Under the pieces are notes generated by a model. That model was not told where the DNA came from and ran no database searches. It saw nothing but the letters and a program-made list of their open reading frames with translations. Below are positions 39,654 through 52,780 of a stretch of DNA of 64,000 bases, in pieces; the first letter of the stretch is position 1, and each line of letters opens with the position of its first letter. Made by a program: the position numbers and the translations under genes. Origin of the DNA: Octopus sinensis (Eukaryota); NCBI RefSeq assembly GCF_006345805.1, contig NC_043009.1, forward strand, positions 51,336,001 through 51,400,000, in the 5' to 3' direction.

Positions 39654-40114
39654 ACTGAAAGGATATAGCACAGACACCACAATTTTCTTTGAACAAAGCT
39701 TCATCGACTTCTGCAAGATTCAATTCGAATTTGGAAAGGAGAGATAAGTTCTCTCCTCCAGTGAATTTGGAAATAGTTGAGTGACTAGAATAATTGGTTA
39801 CAACAAATAGAATGATTCAAAGCGTGAACATGTAGTTTTGCGAACAAATATTTCAATACGGCTTGTACTTTGTTGACAAGATGAACTTGGAGCTGCAGAA
39901 CTCCTCGACCAGCGCTAGTTGGATGCTCTCATGTAGCAAGACGGTTGCATCATACTTATGCGCTTGGTTTTTGCATATGTATAAATCCTCTCCATTTTTT
40001 CTGATCCTTCTTTGACTTCTTACCTGATTCAATGTAAGCTTGTCTTTGTAGCGACCCTTCATAAATGCACTTTGGGAAATTAAATAAATAATCTTTTTAT
40101 TGTTATTGTAATAG

Positions 40115-40168
40115 TTGTTGTCGTCATCACAGTCATCATCATCATCATCATCATCGTCGTCGTCGTCG

Positions 40169-40212
<44 letters not shown>

Positions 40213-40215
40213 TTC

Positions 40216-40274
<59 letters not shown>

Positions 40275-40325
40275 TATCGTCGTCATCATCGTCATCATCA
40301 TCATCATCACCATTATCGTCATCGT
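40115..40325. repeat. (CAT)n microsatellite
   Basis: Directly visible. Confidence 0.95.
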
Positions 40326-40809
40326 CAATTCTACTTCCATTACGTCAACCCTAGGATCAAATACCAAGACTAGTTAATTTTTTTATGAATTAATTTATAA
40401 GTGGCAAAGACTGAGTCTTGAAGCAATTTCTCTCAATTATATCTGCTGTTCCGTTTATTCTAATATTTCAGTCAAGTTCGCTACTATTTCTACTTTTGAT
40501 AAACAAAACGGAACATTATAGAATCATTCTCTTCAAATTTTGTTCCAGTTTTGCTAATCTACATCAATCTCATGGAACCATCGCTGAAGACTGTATGGAT
40601 AACACACGATCGACTAGAAACCGTAGCGAAACCTTTCTCAACGAACATTTCTCAGTGAGAGGAACAACTGATTACCAATTTTAGGAAAGTCTTTGCCTGA
40701 CATTAAATAGGGGGCGGTATTCACGGCCGAAAGGCATTTGAGTATAAAGGCGTTCAATGAGGGCATACATTCATTAAAACAGAAAACATGAATGCCAAGT
40801 ACATTACCC

Positions 40810-41039
40810 ATTTTTTTATTACCCACAAGGGGCTAAACATAGAAGGGACAAACAAGGACAGACATAGGTATTAAGTCGATTACATCGACCCCAGTGCGTA
40901 ACTGGTACTTAATTTATCGACCCCGAAAGGATGAAAGGTAAAGTCGACGTCGGCGGAATTTGAACTCACAACGTAAAGGCAGACGAAATACCGCTAAGCA
41001 TTTCGCCCGACGTGCTAACGTTTCTGCCAGCTCGCCGCC
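40810..41039 (-). mobile_element. Family-A SINE, full length
   Basis: Complete head-to-tail copy. Confidence 0.92.
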
Positions 41040-42139
41040 AAGTACATTACCACCACCACTACCACCAAGAACAACCATAATAACACAAGAAAAATATATG
41101 AACAATGATAACAACTGCAGCAGCAACGCAGCTATCTTTTTTATTGGCAATATATTTAGATTCTCTTACTTTATATCTTGATACGGTTGAGTCATTTTGT
41201 AATGCCCTCATTTTGATATCATTATATCATCACACTTTCGTTTAATCGCTTCTTCTTCTATGGTAATATCAGATCTATTCTCTCTCTTATGACTGTTTTC
41301 GTTATGTTCATCGACGTCGTAGTTGCGTGGGGTATGTTTACGACGTTTCGTCTGATCGACTATGACTAAGGTTAGAGGCATTGAAGTCATAAACAAGCAA
41401 ACAATTTTACAAAGGCCATAGTGTATCTAGAACTATATACTCCAATGTGCCATTTTGTTTTCATCACTGGAGGATGCCGGTCAGTGGAAAAAGTCAGTCA
41501 TTTCTACAAATCTTAGAGACCAACGTGAAAGGTCCCAGTTAGTTCTTTCCAAGATGATTTGTCTCCATAACAGCTGTCTGTACTTTTAAATATATTATTT
41601 CACGCTTCCATACATTAAAGCAACGATTTCAGCTAATACAAAGGACAAAATTTCTAATACGCAACCAGCCGTGTGAGCATGTTCTCAGCTATAATTTAAT
41701 GCATTTAATGCGAGTGTTACCTAATATTCGTTAATAAATCTATCTGTGACGATTCTAACAATGGTAATTGTTTACTTGTTGAGAAATCAATCACACGTTG
41801 ATAACCCTACATTTTTCGTTAAAACAAATGCAACGTATGTAAAAGCCCTTCTAATTACGTTGACCTGTGTATATATAAAAATAACGATTTAGGTTTCAAT
41901 ACGATATGTAATAAAATTCATATGTATAGTGACAAAGCTGAGCCTCTATAAATATCAAGAAATTATTAACCCAATAATCCAATATAGGTGTTCCTATGTG
42001 TGTAAATGAGTGTACGTGTGTGTTGGTGCATGTTCGTGCGTACGTGTAATATACACATATATGTACATGCATATATATGTGTCCATGTTTTATACACATA
42101 TATACATTACATAGCATAGTGATACATGCATATATACAT

Positions 42140-42228
<89 letters not shown>

Positions 42229-43561
42229 TTGATAGATGCATGTATACATATACCTATATATATATGTATCTATATATCCATGTGAGACTATACATATATG
42301 TATGTGAGTGTTTGCGCGTGTATCTATGTGGAGTGAGTGTATATGTTCGTGCGCGCGGGTGTGCGTGTGCACAGTATGAATATCGAAATACCGGAGGAGA
42401 TGCACACAATCCTCATCTTGAATCTGAAAATCTTTGTATATTGATCTTGTACAAACGCGTTGCTGCTTTGGGGATCAGGTGTGAACATCCCATATAAAGT
42501 CAGCTGAAAGGGAAAACATCATTCAAGGATATTAGCTCCAAAACATGTATCTAATGTAATAGTTATGCAATCTTATACTACTCATGATCTTGTGACTTTG
42601 ATACTATAGATATATTACTTTCAACAAGCTAATTCCGTAGGATCCATCACAAGGCAAACTGCTATCAATTATCACACTATTTCTACAAATTGCTACCACC
42701 GTCTCATATTCTGCAATCTCAAACTAACCATATTTTACAAATCGTCCTTCAAGAATTTATAAACCGCATCAGAATTCCTCCTCTGCATTCGTCATTACAC
42801 CCCTAATGGAACTAAATTTATTCAAGTTGGTAAGGAGCTGAATCGTTCTCAAAAGTGACGAGATATTATCCAAAAATTATCGAGTGATGATCATCTCTTT
42901 ATAGATAGCATGCAAATGTTACTGGTACACACTGCTATTTACGGACATGCAAACGTTATGGAGTCACTCTGTTCCTCATGATCATGTGTAGGTTATACGC
43001 ACAAATTATTCCTGGCGCACACGCGAAAGTAGTGGTCAGATGCTGCGCGTTACAGATATGTAAAGGTCATGGAAGGAAGCGGCTTTTCACAAAGAAGCAA
43101 AGTTAATGCAGATACACTTCAGGATAAAGATATATAAACGTCGTAGACAGAGCCTGCACACTAAGGACCTGCATGTAGTATAGAGGGACGTGGCATCTCA
43201 CATACATGCAAAGAGCATAGACAGACACAATAATCATGCGGGCAAAAACACAAAAAGAAAAGATTTTAGCCATGTATAATATAGTCAACATAAAGACTTT
43301 AAGTATAATCTTTGATATGTTGGTCTGTTTGATAAACTTATAACTGGTACCCCATCATGCATAAATTCATACACTAACCCTAATCCAAACCCATTCACAC
43401 ACACACACTCATAGATGCAAATGCTCACACGCAATTACATATGTATAATGACACATATCCACATACAAGCACGTTAACACATACTCATAGACATACTCAT
43501 ACACATATAGAGGGAATATCTATCAAGATGATAAATATACACCAAATATAAAGAAAAACAT

Positions 43562-44856
43562 TGTCAGTGACTTTTAAACGACACAAAATATTGTAGTTCT
43601 TTCTCTTTGTTTTCTTACAAGCATCTGCCCTGCACCCACACGTTCGTTCTTGCATACTGTTCTAGTGTGGGTCCTCGTCCATTTGTATGTTATTGTCGGC
43701 ACTGTAATATTCTTGTCACCACTGTGATGTTGTAGCTGTTTTCCGCATCTCATAATCTTTGACTCGCCTGTCGTGCTATCGCTGACAGCTCCGCAAGACA
43801 AAGATTCTGAAACGTCTACCTTGACGCTAACTCGAACTCGTATACATCACGTAACTGACAGTGACTCCATTTGAGAACTCGTACGACGACTCTACTACTA
43901 CTGCCCTCCTACAACGTCTGACTGTCTGACTTTATTGTAACTCTCATACCATTTTTTACTACCCATAAGGGGCTAAACACAGAGGGGACAAACAAGGACA
44001 GACACACGGATTAAGTCGATTACATTGACCCCAGTGCGTAACTGGTACTTAATTTATTGACCTCGAAAGGATGAAAGGCAAAGTCGACCTCGGCGGAATT
44101 TGAACTCGGAACGTAACGGCAGACGAAATACGGCTTGTGACTCTCATACCACTTTGTCGTATGCGAAAGGGGAGTACCATTTTCACTACAACATCCCCCC
44201 TTTTATTTTTTTCTTTGGGAAGCAAGTAATTTTATTATACTTTATTCACCCTTCCTACCTTTTTAACGTTATTTTTTCCAAATTAATAATTTTTCGTTTT
44301 CGCCTCTATTTGTAGGAAAATTGTTCTTCCTTTTTCTTCCACTTGTATGCGAGGGTTCAACCAGCAGTAACGGTGTGGGTACCTCGAATGTATCATAAAG
44401 CCATTCCATAGTTTCTTCTAATCTGCCTGATTCATTTTCTATGAATCTCTTTTCCAACTGTTTTCTGTGTCTTTTTTCAATACCTTTTCTACTTTTAATT
44501 CCGTACACCATTTTCCTATGTACTTTGTAAATTTGCCTTCTTCTCAATACTGCTTTCCATTCTATACGACCTCATGTAACCTTATCTCCAGTTTTTAAAA
44601 CTTTTGGACTGTCTTTCCTGATACATTTTCTTTCCTCGCCAGCAAATAGTTTATCAAATGTTGATTTCACTTTTTTCGCGAATATCAGACAAAGACAAAT
44701 ACTTTGAAATGTCTACCTTGACGGTAACTCGAACTCGTATATATCACGTAAGAAAACGCGTACAGACCTCCTACAACGACTGACTATTTGACTTTATTGG
44801 GGCTGGGTCATACCACTTTGTCATGTGGAAAGAGGAGTGCCATTTTCACTAAAACA
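43562..44856 (-). mobile_element. Internally deleted Gypsy-type LTR retrotransposon
   Basis: Minus strand: partial LTR (TG at 44856), integrase C-terminus KTGDKV..RSYR..MVYGIKSRKGIEKRHRKQLEKR, polypurine tract 44194-44216, LTR starting TGTTG at 44193. The far end at 43562 is tentative. Confidence 0.65.
43952..44134 (-). mobile_element. 5'-truncated family-A SINE inserted in the LTR with 17-bp target duplication
   Basis: ttgt(a/g)actctcatacca at 43935-43951 and 44135-44151. Confidence 0.92.
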
Positions 44857-44884
44857 TATACATACATACATACATACATACATG

Positions 44885-45439
44885 GTGGCTGCCCCCTCGT
44901 TATCGAGTATGGCCATTGCACGAAGCTTAATCAATGTTGTTATCGTGCAATGCCTGTGCAAGAAGATTTTTTTAAAGTGAGGAAAAGCTGTGTGCACTGA
45001 GTCATTCCCACTCACTAAGCAACAGCAGCCATAATCCGAAAAGAAGAACAAGTCAACATCATCGGTAACCACTGAGCCGCAGGTTTTTTGTCGGAGTTAT
45101 CCCAGTTACCTGAGTTACCTTCTCCTAGAAGGATGCCCTAACAGAGGCTAGGAGTCCTTCACTCCCAATGGTTTAACCGCGCGATCGGGTATTCAGTCCG
45201 ATTATCTCTAAGTCTCCGCGCATGATACAACCTTAAGACAAGTAATTGGATGGCCGTTGACTCTCAAGAGTTCCTCCGCACTTTGACGGGTTTTGTTTTT
45301 CATCCAGCAGGGTGTCCAATAAACACCCTCCTCACCAAGCAATCTTGGTGGGGGTTGCCGGTTTAGTCGTCGACGACCCGACCATGCAACAGGTTGTACT
45401 GGGTTACATGTTACCAGTAGCACTCGAAAGAGACCTGAC
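44885..45439 (-). mobile_element. GC-rich hairpin-rich repeat resembling an RTE-clade LINE 5' UTR
   Basis: Flanked by (TACA)n; motifs ttagggcatccttctaggagaaggtaactc and aaacctgcggc recall RTE leaders; no ORF. Confidence 0.35.
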
Positions 45440-46919
45440 ATACATACATACATGCAATCATAAATTTGATATTTTTATGAGAATAGATACATACATTCAT
45501 CTATACATACATCCTTTCATATATACATACATACATGCCATCATAGATTTGATATTTTTATGAGAATAGATCTACACACTTGGGCGTACGTATCGACAGC
45601 TCAATCAACACAGCGACTCACCCAAATATTTTCAAATACCGGGAACTCTCTTAACCCAAAAAAGGTCTTGTCGCTTTGTTAATGATTGGATTGAACTCTC
45701 TTGAGAAGATCTTAAATAGAATTCGCAGAAAAGTAATAGACACGAATACATTCACAAACATACATACAAACATAAAACATGCATGCATACACACATACGT
45801 ACACGAGTACATACATTCATACAGATAATAATGAATGAATACAACATACAAACTTACATGCACAGACATACATACACGTAATGTCTATGTATAAGAAAAC
45901 AATAAATGTATACAAAATACTTGATGCGGCCAGACTCGAATTCTTTCAGTTGATATCGATTATATATCAGAAAAGAAATCTAAATTTCAGAGATCCAATT
46001 CAGAGATAATGAGAATTATGAGGGGGGGAAAAAATGGGAAGCGAGAAAACAAAAATAAGCAAATCAGAAAAGGAAAACTACAAATCAAATATATCGAGAT
46101 CGTTGGTACACAAATCTTTCCAGTATGACATATTATCTCCCTTAGTTGAGCTATTACCTCAACGCACACACACAAATATGGATAGATATATTGATCTCAT
46201 GCTTAAACACCTTTCTAATAATTAACTAACTGTAAATTAATTAAGACGAAATAAATATATTTTCTCCCTTCATATTAAAAAGTACTGTTATTTTTAATCA
46301 TTTTAATTGGCATTCTTTTTTTCTTTTTCCTGTTGTTGTTTTTGTTCCGAATTCGTGTTCATATTGTTGTTGTCTAATTAAGCAGAGATAATGATATCTG
46401 CATAATTGGATACGACATACAAATTATTATTTTTATTATTCTTGTATTTTTATTATTTTCCACGGTCACTTTTAAGCAGGAATCTCATTACAGGATAACT
46501 AATTAAATTTTAATAGTTGTTATTACATTTCTCATTCTATAATAATTACTGTTAATAAACGCAATGTCGCACTTTGTTCAAAATCATAGTAGTGGCATTC
46601 ATTTAGTTAGGTATTGGTCCACAAGGAAGCAATTGTAAGCAATTAGAAAAACACTTTGATAAACAACGAGAAGGACAATATCCTATGTTACATGAAGTAT
46701 CAGTGGTTTAAAAGGTGGCGAGTCTTTTTTAAAGTAGTAGGCAAATTTAGAATTAGTTATTTATAATTTAATCCAGAATTTTACACAAAGGTTCCGCTAC
46801 GGAACAAGTGAATATAAAAACACACATACAAACCCCATAATCACTACCACCGCCACACACATTCTACTGCTGAGATTTGTGTGCGTGTATATATAAATGT
46901 GTGTATGTACGTATGCAAT

Positions 46920-47481
46920 TCTTTTTACTACCCATAAGGGGCTAAACACATAGAGGACAAACAAGGACAGACAAACGGATTAAGTCGACTATATCGACCC
47001 CTAAAGGATGAGAGGCAAAGTCGACCTCGGCGGAATTTGAACTCAGAACGTAGCGGCAGACGCAATACCTATTTCTTTATTGCCTACAAGGGGCTAAAAA
47101 TAGAGGAGACAGACAAGTACAGACAAACGGATTAAGTCGACTATATCGACCCAGTGCGTAACTGGTATTTAATTTATCGACCCCTAAATGATGAAAGGCA
47201 AAGTCGACCTCGGCGGAATTTGAACTCAGAACGTAGCGGCAGACACAATACCTATTTCTTTATTGCTACAAGAGGTTAAACATAGATGGGACAGACAAGT
47301 ACAGTCAAAGGGATTAAGTCGACTCTATCGACCCCAGTGCGTAACTGGTACTTAATTTATTGACCCGAAAGGATGAAAGGCAAAGTCGACCTCGGCGGAA
47401 TTTGAACTCAGAAAGTAGCGGCGGACGAAATACCACAAAGCATTTCTACCGGCGTGCTAACGTTTCAGCCAGCTCGCCGCC
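46920..47481 (-). mobile_element. Family-A SINE trimer
   Basis: Two identical junctions caatac|ctatttctttattg at about 47068 and 47250; the terminal monomer has a deletion between the two atcgacccc repeats. Confidence 0.92.
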
Positions 47482-47994
47482 TTTTAGGTACGTATATATA
47501 TATGTATGTATGTATGTATGTATGCATGTATGTATGTATGTATGTATGTATGTATGTATGTATGTATGTATGCATGTATGTATGTATGTAGTACATTAAA
47601 AGATGGACCTAGAAACATTACAGAAATAGATAAACATTACAGACACAGCCATATAAGGACAACGGGATTGACATATTTTCGAATTTCATAGATACTTAGA
47701 AACATAGATAAGAAGAATGTAAAAACATGGTTCATAATTGAATACAGACGGATTCTTCAATATGAGAACAGAAACACAAACTCAACAAAGATATGTCAAT
47801 TCCCGCACGCACACACACATACACACGCACACACATACAGATATATATGTGTGTCTGCGTGCGTGTGTTGGTACACATGTGTATGTATGTATGTATGTAT
47901 GTATGTATGTATGTATGTATGTATGTATGTATGTATGTATATATGTGTGTGTGTCTGTGTGTACATGTATATATGTATACAGCCATTTTTTAAA

Positions 47995-48190
47995 TTCGTT
48001 TACTTGTTTCAGTCATTTCACGGCGGTCATGCTGGAGCACTGCCTTTAGCCGAACAACTCAACCCCAGGACTTATTCTTTGTAAGCCTAGTACTTATTCA
48101 ATCGGTCTATGTTGCCGAACCGCTAAGTTACAGGGACGTAAACATACCGATATCGGTAGTCAAACGATGGTGGTGGGGCAAACACAGACA
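47995..48190 (-). mobile_element. Family-B SINE, 3' half
   Basis: cttgtttcagtcatt..gctggagcac..aagcctagtacttatt..cgaaccgctaag. Confidence 0.85.
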
Positions 48191-48267
48191 CACACATATA
48201 TACATACATACATACATACAAACATATACACACACACACACACGCACACACACACACACACACACAC

Positions 48268-48312
<45 letters not shown>

Positions 48313-48669
48313 TATATATATATATATATACGCATTTAAACACATGCGTGTACAACTATATGTGCGTTTGTGTGTGAAGGGGAGTGCGTGGTTTTGAACT
48401 TTATGTAAATCCGATTCCTTGCAAGTTTCTGAAACTCTAATGGCATTTTTTTTTTTTTTTGTCATTTTATAGTCATAATTCCAGTTGATTAAAGACAGCC
48501 TGCACGTAACTGAATAACCACCTTAAAGTAAAACTACCCTTTGAGAAATGTTACAATAGTATTCAATTGTATTTTCATTTGAATTTATCTACTTATGTAT
48601 AATTTCTCGCATGGATGCTCCGATAGCCAACTATGGGTGCCTAAAAGTACCAATGCATGGCGTTAATAT

Positions 48670-48870
48670 ATATTGGTTTCAAGGCCAGTAGTTCAGGGAA
48701 GGGTACGTTGATTACATCGATCTCAACGCTAAACTCGTACTTAATTTATTGACGCCTGAAAGGGAAGAAGAGCTAAGTCGACCTCGGTGGAATTTAAACC
48801 CAGAGCATAAAGATGGACGAAATGCCGTTCAGCATTTCGCCCAGTGTACTAACAATTTTACCAAATACTT
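48670..48870 (-). mobile_element. Degenerate family-A SINE
   Basis: gattacatcga..gtcgacctcggtggaatttaaac core. Confidence 0.65.
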
Positions 48871-48949
48871 GCCTTGGGGGAAATATAAATGGATATTACA
48901 AATATTAATATAGGTTATATTGGCGTACATAATTGATCCATAAGTTTGT

Positions 48950-49790
48950 CTTAGCTGTACTCATTCCTATATATTAAGTACTGGATTGTACTTCCGTTGA
49001 GATTCACACATCGATATTAAAACCGGGGGTATTCAAACAACTAGAATTGTAGATATCAATACGTATTTTGATCGCCTTTCACTAAAATGAGAATGAAAAG
49101 GCAGTAGATTATCGTCGATCCAAACAGCTTGAATGTTACATGATATCCTTTTAATAACATTTTTTAACCGCAATGCTTCGTATGTGTTCTTTGAACACAT
49201 CTGCAGCAGTTGAAGTATAAAGTTCTATGAGGAAAAAGCTCCTGTGAAAGCATTTCTCTACTCATGAAATCATGCGATTCACTGCAAGGAACTTTGTAAA
49301 GTTCTCCAGCAGTCGACCATCAGATGGAAATATTAATTTTATGAAGGGAAGGTAATGCATGATTTTTGATGTATTGTTGTCAGTATGATTCTGAATGGAG
49401 TAAAATATCTAGATGTGATAGCTGGTTGTTGCAGTCCATGTAAAGAATTGGCGAATAATACCATAATGATACTATATGCATACATGACATGATGTAGGCG
49501 GGAAAACGTGATAATTCATATCATACGTCGGAGGAGAAAATTATAAGTAAGTAGAATGACACGGAGGGTCTTATCATCTGTAATGTGAAGGACTAGATGT
49601 CCAATGCTGTTGTCATATCCTCTGCAAAGAACAGGGATAAGAGATCTGACAAGTTATGAACTGAGCTAAGCAGTTGAACGCAAATGTAAGAAGTTCTCCT
49701 TCACATGCTTACAGAATATTTAAGGAAGAAGACAACAATTTAGGCGAACTGAATATGTCTTTAATATCCTTAGTACAGATTTAGATGTAG
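48950..49790 (+). mobile_element. Degraded CR1-type LINE RT and thumb
   Basis: Ordered eroded motifs AVD, LQ....L..S..RW, RWKY*FYEGKVMH (W...FN..KCKVMH), VKYLDV (VKYLGV), SYE..LKQLN, YRIFK. Confidence 0.55.
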
Positions 49791-49850
49791 ACCAGTGCTT
49801 AATAGAGCATTTGGTTATGTAATCATATATATATATATATAGATAGATAT

Positions 49851-50308
49851 TTAAACAACGATAGATATAAAACATATATCTAGATCACAAAAAATACAAA
49901 AGAATGAATAAATATTATATAATAAGTAAAAGGACTACGTATTTTTCGTGGCTCTAACTTCAATTCGAATTACAATTAAATTTAAATTTAATCCAAAAAC
50001 AATTCAATTTAAATGTATAGTCACTCCTCAGGTTAACAATAATAGTTAAATGAATACATATTTATAATAAATAATCAAATAGAATTAAACAGTATTTGAG
50101 GAGTGACTATACTTTTAAACTGAATTGCTTTTGGATTAAATTTAAATTTAATTGTAATACGAATTGTAGTTATAGCCACGAAACATACGTAGGCTTTCTA
50201 CTTATATACATTTTATTTATTTTTTGTATTTTTTGTGATTTAGATATATGTTTTATAATATATTTTATTTTTTCTATATGATATAGTTTATATCTATCAT
50301 TGTTTGAA
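49851..50308. mobile_element. AT-rich inverted repeat (Penelope-type inverted terminal repeat) with a hammerhead-like motif in each arm
   Basis: 49851-50030 is the diverged reverse complement of 50097-50308; sequence beyond the right arm (50308-50430) recurs at 52260-52390. Confidence 0.8.
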
Positions 50309-50746
50309 TTACATAATAGTGGTTTTTCTCTAATTTATATATATTATATATTTATATTGTGAAATTTGAGTTAATACTAAATTGAATCCCCCCCTGTATT
50401 TTTGGAGTTATACTTCCTAATATTATATATATGTGTGTGTATGTATGTGTGTTTGTGTATATGTATGTATATAAATATGTGCGTATATATGCATATATAC
50501 ATATAAATATATTTAGATAGTGAGGAAGAAAGAGTGACAGAGACACAGGAAGTGGGAGAGAGAAAGAAAGATACATTCATATATCCGTATATCCAACTCA
50601 AGATGCACACATGGATGTTATATTAATAGATATCTCCATGCAAGTATATGTACTCATCCTAACATACATTTGATAAAGACGTACATATATACGTATGGAT
50701 AATTTGATAGACAGGAAGGCAAACACATTAAACAGATGGATTCCTT

Positions 50747-50838
<92 letters not shown>

Positions 50839-51857
50839 CAGAATAAAAGAGAAATGGTTACATAGAAATACAGGTCAATAAATAGAGAGAGAAAGAGAGA
50901 AAATATATGCGTGTGCCAGCGCATGTATTTTTGATTGTGTGTATATTCGTTTCCAACTTATAGATAAGCACAATAAAAACACAAAATAAATTCACATCTG
51001 ATTTCTTAAGAAGATTACTTTCTGTCCTACATATTGGCATCCAAGCCCTCCCATTTCAGACTTGTTAACGAAGATGCAGAAATCTCCAAAACACATGAAT
51101 TCATCTCCATCCAAACACGAACGCACACTTGTCAAACATAAGTCACACATATTTACAGAGATATTACCCCTCCGCCCATCCCCATCCGTTAACTTGTTCC
51201 CCTCGCGAACACAATTTACCCAGAATTCCATTCCCACATTTTGAGAAACTGGGAGGTCTATGGAATTTGTTTGATGTTATCGTAACAATCGCACAATAAC
51301 CCCCCACTCCTAGTTACTACCTCCCCCCCACCCCACAGACATTTCTTGTCATCGTGAAAATGTTCCATCCCTTTCGTTTGTCTAAGCAGCATAGTGAATG
51401 TTCTACAATGGATTCACATATTGGAATAGTATATTTAGTAGAGTGAAAACAAACGTCAAATACTAATATGTAAGCACATATGTGGTTATATGTGTATGTT
51501 GTGTCTGAACGCTTGTATATACACGTATTTATATGTGTAAATGTTTGTGTGTATATGTTTATGTATTTTTCGAATTTTTGTACAAAAAATGTTCTTAAAT
51601 TAAAAGGTAATAGCTATAAAGTTAATAGCTGTATAAGAATTTCTATATCTGAATTTTTATATAATATATATAAATAAAAATACAGATAGAACTTGCTTTC
51701 TATATTGTGTTCACGCAGAAGCTTTTTATCACTTTATACCTTTTACTTGTATTTCTTATATATTTTTATTTATATTTTTTATACATATATTTCTTGCATA
51801 TTTATTGAGATATTGGTTTATTAAAAAAAGGGTTATTTTTCATAGCATTTTTCCGAT

Positions 51858-51931
51858 GGCCGGATACCTGAAGAGATGGTGGCGTGGATTTCCACCTCGG
51901 CATCCGAAACTGGAAGTTTTATCATGGCTAC
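51858..51931 (+). ncRNA. Degenerate type-I hammerhead ribozyme
   Basis: ggatac-CTGAAGA-GATG...CATCC-GAAAC-t-gga-a-GTT-ttatc; three stems recognisable, each junction imperfect. Confidence 0.5.
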
Positions 51932-52389
51932 CGAATAATTGTCACGTATTACATTTACAGATAAATTACTCTATTTACGTAATATCTAGTTATCTTTCTT
52001 TTGTTGTCTTACCATTTTTATAAATATATATATATATCTTTTATTAAACTTTTAATACTTTTGATATAAAAAAAAATTAAATAAATAAATAAATTAATTA
52101 ATTAATAAATAAAATAATATATAAATATAAAAATATACATACATATATATATATATTTGTATATATATCTAAAATTTATAAGTTTAAATTATTTAAATAA
52201 TTTTTTATTTTTAACTTTTATATTTTAAAATTAATTTTATGTATTGGCTTATGTTTTTCACTGTTTGATTTGCCTAATAGTGGTTTTATCTCTAATTTAA
52301 TATAATATAATATATTTATACTATAAAATTGGATTTAATCCTAAATCTAATTTTTCCCTGTAAGTTTGGATTTATTCCCTAATATTATT

Positions 52390-52430
<41 letters not shown>

Positions 52431-52431
<1 letters not shown>

Positions 52432-52780
52432 CATGTTCCATGTACTCGTGCTTCGTACTTTTTTGTTGTACACGTTTCGTGACGTCCTGTGCCCATTGTT
52501 GTTAAATGCTCGAAATACGAGACTAGAAAAACAGCCAACAACTGATGAAGGACCGTTCTTTATGTTGTTTGGTTTGATTTTCCTTTGTGTCTTTTGTTGT
52601 GCGAAAGAATAGATCATGTTCCATGTACTCGTGCTTCGTAATTTTTGTTGTACACGTTTCATGATGCCCTCTGCCCACATATGCACATATATATATACGT
52701 ATAGATGTATGTACATATACGTATGTATATATGCATATATATTATTTATATTATTATATGATTGAACGCCACGCATCCTC
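52431..52780 (+). repeat. Family-P repeat with 183-bp period
   Basis: About 64-bp direct repeat at 52431-52495 and 52614-52677; CTGATGAAGG at 52542. Confidence 0.75.

Noticed and set aside
39853-40062. 69-aa non-repetitive ORF
   Set aside because: No recognisable domain, and ORFs of this length are expected by chance.
42500-43100. Ankyrin-like or endonuclease-like snippets (GHANVMESL, SSDDHL)
   Set aside because: Short isolated matches with nearby stops and no splice or domain context.
46920-47481. Regularly spaced repeats suggesting a CRISPR array
   Set aside because: Units are ~180-bp SINE monomers without unique spacers; eukaryotic context, no cas genes.
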